Source of the DNA: Takakia lepidozioides
Taxonomy: Eukaryota > Plantae > Bryophyta
Assembly: GCA_030704615.1 (NCBI GenBank)
Contig: CM060734.1
Coordinates: forward strand, 33,232,001 to 33,296,000
Length of the DNA stretch: 64,000 bases
Direction: 5' to 3'
Shown here: positions 24,301 through 34,779 of the stretch, in pieces
Layout: each line of letters begins with the position of its first letter
Position numbering within the stretch: the first letter of the stretch is position 1
Made by a program: the position numbers and the translations under genes
The notes under the pieces: generated by a model
Databases searched by the model: none
What the model saw: only the letters and a program-made list of their open reading frames with translations
What the model was told of the DNA's origin: nothing

Positions 24301-24834
24301 CAATTGATCCAAGGTCTCATTAATCCTGGGTAGTGGGTATGCATCCTTTTTGGTGATGTCATTCAGTTTCCTGAAGTCAACATATAAGCGGGTGGTGCCA
24401 TCTTTCTTACCAACCAGGACAATTGGACTAGCCCAAGGAGAAACTGAAGGCTTAATCACACCAGCATCAAGCATTTTCTGGACTTCTTCTTGGACTATAG
24501 CATGTTCTTTAACACTCTCTCGGTATGCAAATTGTTTAATAAGGGGGCCTTCCGTGACAATGTTATGTTGAAGCATGGGAGTGCGCCCTAAATCAGTGGA
24601 TCCCAAACTAAAAACATCTAGATTCGTTGCAATAAGCATCTCCACTCTCCTCCTTTGACCTGAGGAGAGAGTGGTGCCCATCTTAATTTCAGATATTACT
24701 TTTGTGAGGGCTGTCTTACCTTCTAGGCTGAGATCATGGATAGGTGGTGGTGCCACTGCAGCAACAACATCCAAGGGGCCATGTTGGATGCCAATGGCCT
24801 CAAGTCCAAAGCTAGCTTGTACCTCTTGTATTTC

Positions 24835-25110
24835 AGCAATGGGTAGAACAGTGATGCGAGCTAGAACCTGTCCCTTCTTAATAGTCACTGGGAAGCGCTC
24901 GGGATTAGCAATCAGAATCTTGACTTCTTGCCTATATCCTCTATCTAGAACATTAGTGGCCACCAGGCAATGCTTAAGGGCAGTCAGTCTCCTCCATCCT
25001 TCAACTTCTAGGAAATGAGCACCTGGACATAAGAAGGTCAAACCAGACTTGACCACCTTCTAGGTCATGGCAGGGATGGTGATGTTGAGAGGTGCACGAA
25101 TTAGAGTAGA
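24835..25110 (-). pseudogene. dUTPase-like domain upstream of RT
   Basis: APLNITIPA...VKSGL...NVLDRGYRQEVKILIANP..FPVTIKKGQVLARI resembles dUTPase motifs III/IV (GVIDxDYRGEIxV..N....IxxGDRIAQ). Confidence 0.7.
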
Positions 25111-25789
25111 ATTCTTTGGAATAGCTATGGGCACCCCTGTCCTATCCCCAACACCAGGAACATGCCACTGATATAAGAGTTTGAAGATCAGGCAAAAACT
25201 TGTAAAATCATTCCAATTGAGGTTGGAGTGAGAGTTCTGTTGTACCTCCTTCACCAGGGCCTGGACTCTGGACAAATTGGATGTAGCAGACCCAGCTTTG
25301 ATCTTCACTGCTTTCAAGGGGGAGCTACACCGTGAGCCTGTGAGCCCAGAAGCCCGTGAGCCCAGCATAGGCTCACGCCACGTCATCTATGAATTCCGAA
25401 CTTACAGGGCGTATTTCCGCGGGAGGCGCCTATAGCCGCGGATTGACTTACCCTTTTCAGTCATTGCAAATAACGTCTTTTACATCAATCCCACCTCCGG
25501 CCCTCGTGTCATAAACAACAATTTGATTAGTAACCCTATTTTAACTAATTCTGGACTTTTGGCTTAAATCCGGACCAAACTTAATATGTATTTGAATTCA
25601 AATTAATTCAAATTTTGTTAATAATATCTTGGATAGTAATGTGTGATTGAACTTTGTGAAATTACAAGTGATGTCATACTTGCTTCAAAATGTAACATAT
25701 AAGATGTCCATTTGACATTGAAGTGCTTGTGAAGATGCAGTGTAACTCAACAATTCATTGAACGTCGACTGGGAAGTCAAATGATGTAA

Positions 25790-25905
25790 TATTACATTGA
25801 TCAAGTCCTTGAACATTTCGCATTCTGTGCACTTAGCAAAGGTGCTTCCTGTTATCCGAACCTCCACGTTATGAAATATTCGATTCCGTATACGGCTTAT
25901 AGACA
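25790..25905 (-). pseudogene. Possible DNA-transposase fragment (FxKCxxC segment)
   Basis: IFHNVEVRITGSTFAKCTECEMFKDLI resembles the CxxC region found upstream of the catalytic domain in Sola/DUF7869-like transposases. Short and unverified. Confidence 0.35.
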
Positions 25906-25979
25906 ATTGGAATTAAATTGGAGTATGAGGGCGGAGTATAGACTACATCTATCGGAACTGTCAGATGAAGTCACAAATG

Positions 25980-28900
25980 CCAACCTCCACTGGGCAGTGG
26001 AGGTTGGATGATATCTGTTGATGAAATCAACCACATGGATGAACAATGGATAATGAATAAGCCCTCTGTAGACTAAGGAAGCAGGAATGAACAATGGATG
26101 AACAATGGATAATGAATAAGCCCTCTGTAGACTAAGGAAGCAGGGATGAACAATGGATGAACAATGGATAATGAATAAGCCCTCTGTAGACACTTGAGAC
26201 TAAGGAAGCAGGGAGAGACTCAGAGTCTGCTTCAGAATTACCCTATGGGCAGAGTGGTGCAGGATAGGCAAAGAGGTACACGTTGTCCAGAGAGGTGCAG
26301 GATGTCCAGAGAGGTGTGTGAGAGAAAAGAAGCAAGTGAGAGGTTCAAAGTGGGAAGTTGGTGTTGTGTGGATTCGGACGTTATATAGAGGTGACTTGTA
26401 ACTTTCATCTTTGAATCGCTCCAATGGCAGTGTGGTATGCTTTCTCTCCCGGATCGATTGTGGCCACTGTGGATTATGGCGAAATCGAACGACTTATTTC
26501 AACTTGCGAAATCTCGGCTTCATTGAAAGTGTGCACAATTTTCCATTTATTGATAGCAGCCATTGTCACATTAATTATGGACAACGATAACGGCCGCGAT
26601 CAGACTGAATTCTATCGTACTTGTACGTTAGTAGGACTACAAGTCTGGCATCATTATCGTGCGGCTCTGACAGTAGACTCTGGAATAAGCGTGAAGGATG
26701 TCAATTCTGACAAGTGGCCTGGAGAAATGAAGTCAGGCGGCTAATCGCCACAACTAATTCGGGACTGCACATTAACAATCGATCATTATAATTAGCTGGG
26801 AGGAATCCGGAGGTGAACTATAAAGCACTTTGAGATTGTTCTGTTTATATTTATCGTGCTGTTACAGTGAATAAAACACTTGGGCAGGGCGGGGCATTAC
26901 ATGCCGACGCATTGCATTGGATAGCGAGGGCGGTGCATTACAGGTGTGTGGAATGCTCTGTCGTGCCTTGCTTGCTGGCACATGTTTAATGTAGGGATGG
27001 ACCCCTCGTGTCGGGTATCCCTCAATAAATGGGCAGTCCCTATGGTGGCTCTGGACCTTAAATCGAGGAATGCCCGACACGAGGGGCCATCTACTATCCT
27101 TAAAGCCGTATGTCTGTCAGGGAATATTGACGCCTGGCGGCTAACAGCCGAAAGTAATTGTGGACGGCTCAATATGAGACAATGATTATACAGTGTGACA
27201 AATCCGTAGGTACAGCGTTGTGTCCTCTGGCAGATTGAGTTTGAAACGACTGCCCAGGCGTCTCACGTGGGTGGTCACATGTGCGTTTGGGGGGTGGTTT
27301 GTTGGCTTCGAATCTATTTTAAGATTTTTGTAAGCGTGAGGGTTGCAGAGTCTGACAATGGCGTCATTACAATCATTTCGTCTTTTTTTCATTCGTCTCT
27401 CCAGTCGTCTGTCCAAACGTGTGTGCATTCGTGGAGTTGAACAAATTTCATCTGCGTGGATGGACAGTATTAATGTTAGTTTGCATGGATGGGGCAGAAC
27501 ATCCATTTGGGCCGCGCGACCATTCGATTTCGGACGGAGGCGATGGTTCAGATCATCCTTGAAGGTCGCTTATAAGGGGTGCGCTCTTTGAGCCCGGCCT
27601 TTGGGCTTCCCATTTTCTACGCGTAAGTGCTGCACGAGTGAAAGCTTAACAGTTGAGAGAGGAGACTGTGAAAGAGAAGAGTTTTGGAGCTCATTTTGCA
27701 GCGACTGGACACTGGAGCGTGGAGAGAAAGAGCAGACTTGGCCGAGTGCAGAGAGAGGAGAGGGTGAAAGGTGAGAGAGTGAAATAGGCGAAATTTGAAG
27801 AGCGGGGAGGAGAGACCGGACAGTGGCAAGTGGAGAGTGACGAGTGTAGAGGCAAGAGCACAGTGCAATTACCGGCAGGCGGAGGTGCGGAAGAGAGTAT
27901 CAAACGAAGGACTGTGGTTGCAGGGGCACCAAAATGGCCGGCATAAGCAGGTACAACATTACAAACTCCTTTTTTTCGTCTTCTGTTTCACGTTTTGTGT
28001 TGGCCTGTTCTGAATTCATGTGTTGGCTTGTTCTCAGTTTTGTGTTGGCCCGCTCTCGATTCATGTGGCCTGTTCAAGATTCATTTCGTTTCTATCCTGC
28101 TTCATTCTCTGCTGCACTGCACTGTCTTCAGTGCTTCAGTCCGTGCTTTAGTGCACATTAGGTTTCTGTTTCATTGTTTACTTCGTTGTTTACTTCAATG
28201 CTGTTTCATTCTCTGTCAATTCATTTCACTCCTGCTCCATTCTGTGCTTCAGTGCATTCTTGCGTCATTGCTTCACTGTTGTTTTTCAATTCACCGATGG
28301 TTTGTAGGGTGATTTTGTGTGGTGGTTTTGTGTGCAATTGGGTTTGTGTGTGCTTGTTCTGGTCGATTAGGGCAATGGTTTAGGGTGGCGGGAGATTACC
28401 GTGCTGGTTGTATTGCTTGTTTTGTTCATTGTGGTGGTTTATTGAGGACAGTGGTTTCGGAAATGCCCGGATGTTTATTTCTCAACCGTTTCTTGATCCC
28501 CAAATCCAGCGTTAGTTGATGCATTTCTTCCCATTCAAATTCGATTCTGAATGGAAATTTTCATTTCTTATCCAATTATGTCGAATTCGGCAATTCTGAA
28601 AAACCACGATAGCCTAGTCTACTTGTATTCTACAGTAGACATATGCTAACTGTAGGCTTCGTGCAGGCCATAGTAGAGTATTCGTAGACCCATATCATGC
28701 ACATGAGCAACCAGAAACTGGAACCTCCACTGCCCAGTGGAGGTTCGCGTGAATTCTGTATGCGGAAGCTGAAAGACATTTTTTTAAAGTAAGGATGAAA
28801 TAGGATAATTACGGGAAAATTGAAATCAGTTTGAGACGATGTGGGAACGAGTGATGGAATCATATGTGTAACATTGTAAGTGTGACACATACTTTCCAAC

Positions 28901-30932
28901 GAGACTGGGATACGATAATTGGGAACCTCCACTACCCAGTGGAGGTTCGATATTTCTTTGGGTCAGCCAATTACACACTCTGATTAGTTTTTATGTCAGA
29001 ATGAGAAAGAGGAACGAGGGTGGGGAACCGGTGACTGACAATGAGTACAAGACAGCCAGATTAAATTGGAGCAAGAGACAGTGTTCGGTAGACGTGATGG
29101 AAGCGGACCGTCCAGATCAAAAACATGGTGTTTTCGGAACCAGATGAAAAATCCAGTTGGGGGTCTACCGAGCCGAACAAAATGTCTGTCAATGACGAAA
29201 ATGTGACTGTAGAATCCCCGCGGAACGCATCCGAATCTCCGAACAATACACCTGAAGTCATCTGTAAGGATACCCTAGCGGAAATAAGAGAAAGCGTTCA
29301 TGTAAACAATGATATCAACGGACATCTCCGGGTTACTCGCCAGCATCTCCTGAATCCACATCAGGATCTGAGGGATATTATCCTCCAAACTTCCTCCTGG
29401 ACACTGAAACGAGCGGGGGAGTCCTGGAACTACTGGACGTCTCCAGATCTCCAGGATACTCCCCTGCGTCTCCTGATAGTATCACCGGATCCCCAAAATA
29501 TACCCCTCCAGACTATTCGCCTGATACACTCAGAGAGATAAGAAGGAGCATTCTGTAGTTCTTGGGTACATAATCTAGAATTGTTTGAATATAGTGCGAG
29601 AAGTTCCTTAGTATATTTTGGATGAATTAGGTTCGAAGATTTCTATTGTAGATTAGTCTTGTTTCACGATGATGTATTCAATGGCTCCCGAGCCTCATTT
29701 TCATTAAAGTTTTTTTCTTCAACATCTGTAAAATATGGAGGATTTCCCATTTCATGTAGAAAGACTCGTACATACGAACCTCCACTGTCCAGTGGAGGTT
29801 CTCATTTCTGGAATGATGGATGTTAGTAAGAGAGATCCTGTTATTTGATTATCTAATAAATTTGTGTTTGGTTGTAACATAAGACATCCTACACCACCAG
29901 ATTGCGTCCCGAGATTGATTGGAGATATTTGTGGCGCATTCGTATGTCAGAAGTCCTCACATTTCAAAATTGAACATACCATTATTTTTTAGCTTAACCC
30001 AGAGGTGACAGATTGGGGCATCGTACCTGTCGGTACACCTCCAGATCACAAACTGTCTTTTCATTACAGAAGTCTTGGAGTAATAACAGACTTAAAATAC
30101 ACAGAGGCTCTCGATATAGAGCTTGAATCTAAAGAGGAAAACCCGATGTTGGTTTTGTTCCTGCATGAGGATGCGAGAACCCCCATGACGTTTGGTTTCA
30201 AAGTGGAGGTGGGTCGTCTGAACAAGTCGTTGATGAGTGAATGCGTTGCACTAGGTTTTAGATTTCCAGACGAGGGCTCTGTATTTACAGACGTAGGTTT
30301 GTCGAGGGCCTGGAGTATTTTTCTGGACTTCTGCACGCAATGGGACGACATTCGTAAGAAGCGAGCACTACAGGAAGCATCAAAGCCGAAGAAGGGAAAA
30401 CGCAAGTCGTCGACAGCCGACAATGATGACAATGAGGCCGGGACTTCCGCAAGAAAGAAGAAATAGAAGGAGGATCAGGATCCAGCATTGATGTCAGATA
30501 ATAAGAGACCTAAAGCTGGGGAGATTTTTGACAAGGAAAAATGCGAGAAGATGGAGGAGAGGCTCACGAAAGAATACAATGATGTATTTCCATTCGGATT
30601 CGAGAGTACCTTCCTTGTGAAGGTTTCTATGATGGAACTAGCTCCAAGGAGCATGGTTTACAGGCCGTTAAATATCAAGCATACGGACGAAGTGAAATCG
30701 CGACTCTTCCAACTTCATTTGTTCGACTCCAAACATCCGGTGTATCTTGCGCCAATCAACCCTTCCAATCCCGAGAAGAATGCTTCATCGTGACCGAAGC
30801 AATGGAAGGAGATGGATGTATCAAGGTTCTTCGTAATTGGTGGACAACACACCATCGTGGCAGCAAAGGTAATGGACTTCATTTCCTCCCAGACCTCTCT
30901 TTCAATGAACCTCCACTGGGCAGTGGAGGTTG
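25980..30932. repeat. Five dispersed copies of the palindrome GAACCTCCACTG-NN-CAGTGGAGGTTC
   Basis: Copies at 25980-26007, 28721-28746, 28923-28948, 29776-29801 and 30907-30932. Confidence 0.95.
26035..26212. repeat. Tandem repeat, ~59-bp unit x3
   Basis: GAACAATGGATAATGAATAAGCCCTCTGTAGACTAAGGAAGCAGG(A/G)ATGAACAATGGAT repeated at 26041, 26100 and 26159 (last copy partial). Confidence 0.95.
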
Positions 30933-31645
30933 GTGTTGAACTACAAAATTGGATATGTCCCCACACTTTCAACTCTCTCACCATTTTACATTAACTGTAG
31001 CAGGAACTTCTCGAGGATCTTTCCGACAGCGAATTGAAGGAGTACTACCGGGAGTGGCCTGCGAAGATTGTATGGTCTACCGATGAACAAAGGCTCCTGC
31101 AGTTGTCAAAGCTCCTCAACGATCCCAATAAGGCGCAAAAGTTTGATACAACAATGCCGGAGAAAGTTGCGCATGCGCGAATGTTATTCAACCTGAGGGG
31201 GAAGCCAAGGAAAATACAACGATCACACCACAAAGTCCGAGACGAAACAATGGAAGGTATGCATTTATGGAATCAAAATCTACTATTCACATTCATTTTA
31301 TGCTAAAGAATACTTCTGTTGTCGGAGTGACAACTAATTTATCCTTGAATGAATGTGCAGGAGTTCATGTTTGCCTGTCATTTGATACTGGAAATGGGTA
31401 GCATTAAGGAGGCAATGGTCCTGGTACTTTGCGACGACGACGTTTGGAAGATCTGGGAAGATGTTTTCAAAAACTGGGAGCAGGGAAAGCTACTCGACCC
31501 GCTTAGGATACAGTACAAGGGTGAACAACAACAACAGCTCACGAAATCTGTTATCGCAAAGCTGCAAGGGTTGAACAGATGGCAGCTGATTAAAGTTGCG
31601 CAGAAAATCCTGGACCTGAAATTGACCATTCGAGATTACAAAGAG
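29993..31645 (+). pseudogene. Intron-containing pseudogene with a ParB/Srx-like domain, truncated by a LINE
   Basis: One frame runs from 29993 to 30868 through two stops (TAG 30464, TGA 30791): VYRPLNIKHTDEVKSRL...VYLAP...FFVIGGQHTIVAAK. GT-AG introns at ~30869-31003 and ~31257-31360; further exons to ~31645. Confidence 0.6.
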
Positions 31646-34502
31646 CACCAGGCTTGGATGGGCTGCCCATTGAGTTCTTCAAAGTCATGTGGGGCACCAC
31701 TGGAGAAGAATTCTTGCACATGGCCAATGATATCTTAGAAAAGAAGATTACGCCCTCCCAGATTTCAGAGGGGCTCATCACCTTGATATTCAAGAAGGGG
31801 GAAAGGAATAGCATGGTCAATTACAGACCGATTACTCTGCTCAACTCGACATACAAAACAATTGCAAATGCACTGGCTTTGCGATTGCAGCCACTGCTAC
31901 CAAATATTATCAAGAAAGAGCAGACGGGGTTTCTGAAGGACCGCATGATCTTAGATAATATTCTACTGGCTCATGAGGCCCTACACAGGGCAACCATCAA
32001 CAATCAGCCGCTAGCCTTTCTCATGCTCGATTTTGAGAAGGCTTTTGACTCTATAGATTGGACATTCCTGTTTCAAGCATTGGAGAAATGTGGCATTGGG
32101 GGGCCTTTCCTATCCTGGGTTAAGATTCTACTGCAATCTGCCTCCAGCAAAGTGCTTGTCAATGGAGTCATATCCCAGTCATTCCCAATTTCCAGATCTG
32201 TCCGCCAGGGATGCCCGCTGGCCCCTTTTCTCTTTCTTATTGCGGCGGACTCCCTGGGACATCTACTGCACAGCAATCAGCCCCAGTTAGGAGAGCGCTT
32301 GTGTCGTGGGAGCAATTGTGCCAAAAAAAAAAACATGGAGGCCTCGGCATCATTGATCCAGGAAAACAGATCCAAGCACTCTTGGCTAAATGGATACCAA
32401 GGGCTATTAAGCACAGGCACAGCCCATGGAGTAAGCTTGTCCAACCGTACCTAATGGGCTCAAACCTATGGGCACTCTCCCTCAGATGGGTTGTTCAAGG
32501 CAAAAATGCAGGAGTGGCTTTGGGCTCTCGTCCATGGCAATCAATCTGGAAATCTTGGCATTCTATAAGAGGTAATCTCACCCAAACAATGCCAAAAAAA
32601 TTTCAGGAATGCATCAGGCAGCCCCTGTTTGCTAACTACAATATGGACTCCGAAATCTTACTCTCGCAAACAGCCAGGGGGCCGCCTGGGAGCACGAAGG
32701 GTTCACTTACATAGGGGCTTTGAGAGAGAATGGTGACTTCCTGCCTGAGGCACAGGTCTCCGACATCATGGGAGGGAGAAGAGCCAGGGCTTGGACAACC
32801 ATCCTTTCCAATATTCCGCAATACATGTTGCCCATACTTAGCACAGCCAATGACACATGGTCACTGCCCCTTTGGATGGCTTCTTCACAGGGAAGGAAAC
32901 ATGTCTTGCTGGTCCTTTCCACTGCTGGAACAATGGCATCAGGTCTGGGTTTTGTTGCAGATATAGAAGGAAACCTGGCATTTGCAGGCCCAATGGACAT
33001 ACCCAAAACCGCCCTCTTCCATATCAACGTGCTAGATGATGGAGAAAATGTGAACCCTTTGCCAAATGCAGGCCAAGAATACCAATGGGCTATCCACAAA
33101 TCGTTATATTGGTTCCTCGCTTGCCCCATTTCTGATCTGCAATTCGACCTGGGAGAGTGGAGATGGATGGATTCCAAAAAATCGCCATTCTTTGCATACA
33201 CCGTGAAACTGGGATATTCTCTACTGAAGCCAGCTAGCTCCTTCATTACTAGATGGTGTGCGAAATGGGGTCAAGGCTTCCCACAAACTGCTTGGGATAA
33301 AATTTGGAGAGATGTCTGGGGCAAAGAGAGGGCGGCAAAGATATCTTGTTTCTTGTGGAAGCTGGTCCATAGGGTTCTGCCAGTTATGGCAGCAACCCAT
33401 GTTGATTCGTCGACCTGCCCCTTATGTCAAACAAATCCAGAATCCATAGAGCACTGTTTGCTGTGGTGCAATTTGCCAAACAGGGTCTGGTCTACAGTAC
33501 TGGCCTTCTACTCTAATTGGAACATCTTCCCCTCTCCCACCTCCCCTTCATCGTTGCTGCTTAATGTTATGACTGCAAGTTCGCATTGCTCTTGTTCAGT
33601 GTGGGCCTCCCTAAGAGCACACACGCTTTGGAATCTATGGAAAGCCAGGTGCTCGTGGGTGTATGAAGGGAGGGCCCCTAGGGGCAGATCTGTTTTATTT
33701 CATATATTCCATGATCTGCTAAGTGAGGGCAGGAAAGCATGGGACAAATTGTGTGCAGCTATTCCCGGAACTTCTGAGCAACGAGGAAGGAAACTACTCC
33801 AAGATTTCGAACAGTCCTGGGGCAAAGACAACCTGCTCTGCACCTGTCTTCCCGACCTTCGTGTTCAATGGCAAGACAACATCCCCCCTCAATGGCAAGT
33901 CCCCTGGTGAGGGAGAAGAGGGGGACTTCAACTGGCGTCACAAAAGAGCAAGAGACACAAAGCTGAGAACACAGCTCAAGTTCTGAGACTGACTACCTGG
34001 ATGTTTGGAGTCCTGATCTTAGTTCTTTTAGCTTCTGTTGAGATGACCATCAACTTGGTTCCACTGCTTGTCTAACCCCAGGTTCAAGCTGCTGAAAGCC
34101 AGTCTTGCGCACATATTCACACCTCCTCCACCCAAGAATCTTTATCTTTATCTTTATCCACCCAAGTAAACCTCGTTTCTTACCATATAGTAACCCGCCC
34201 TTTTGTCTAAGCCTCCCTGTCTCTCCACATCAAGAGGGCCCTCTTCATCACCTCCTCTCTCTCCACATCAAGAGGGCCCTCTTCATCACCTCCTCTCTCT
34301 CCACATTTCTTAGCTTTCTCATAGTTGCACCGTTTCATTAGCTAGTTTGCTACGGTTTGGGGGAAGTTTCCTCGCAGTAAGCCTTCACGGCCTTTGCAGT
34401 GGTTATTTTTTCCACTAAAATGTGACCTTCTTATTTTATTAATTAGATTAAGAGGGCCGTGACTGTCCCTTTCTCTGAAAACAAAACCAAAAAAATAAAA
34501 AA
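31640..34502 (+). mobile_element. 5'-truncated L1-like LINE with an internal RT deletion
   Basis: RT: APGLDGLP, NYRPITLLN..YK, EQTGF, LDFEKAFD, VRQGCPLAPFLF. Then VSWEQLC..KKHGGLGI, the zf-RVT region FLWKLVHRVLP...CPLC....ESIEHCLLWC, and an A-rich tail at ~34478-34502. Confidence 0.93.
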
Positions 34503-34779
34503 TTGAAATTCCATTAGGTTAAGAAAAACGTGACAGGTGCATGCTGAAAGTGAGCATTATTAGGACGCTTTTCCATAGGTAAGTAGGAGTTAACAAAAGG
34601 TAAATAAAACATATTTTCACCTCACTCGTGTGCGTGACCCCCTCGATCCTGTCGTGTGTCTTTGTGAGGCCGCTAAGATTGCGTCGCTCATGTGAGTGAT
34701 GAAGTGGAAGAAGGATGGACAAGTGATACTTCAGAATTTGAAGCACAATACCGGAAGATATGGATCGGAGGAAGAGAAT

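Larger units (their letters stand above)
20736..25390 (-). mobile_element. Degenerate, 5'-truncated Ty3/Gypsy retrotransposon (dUTPase-like-RT-RNase H-integrase-LTR)
   Basis: RT (SPWASPIVLVGKKDG..YVDFRKLN..DAYPLP; YVDDI), RNase H (LQTDASD..IAYASR..NYS..KEGLAL), integrase (H-x6-H...CEAC; GCPREILTDQGKEF; TAPYHP). Many stops and frameshifts. Confidence 0.93.

Noticed and set aside
25980-30932. Palindromic repeats or the 59-bp tandem repeat as a CRISPR array
   Set aside because: Spacing is irregular (0.2-2.7 kb), or the units lack unique spacers. There are no cas genes and the context is eukaryotic.
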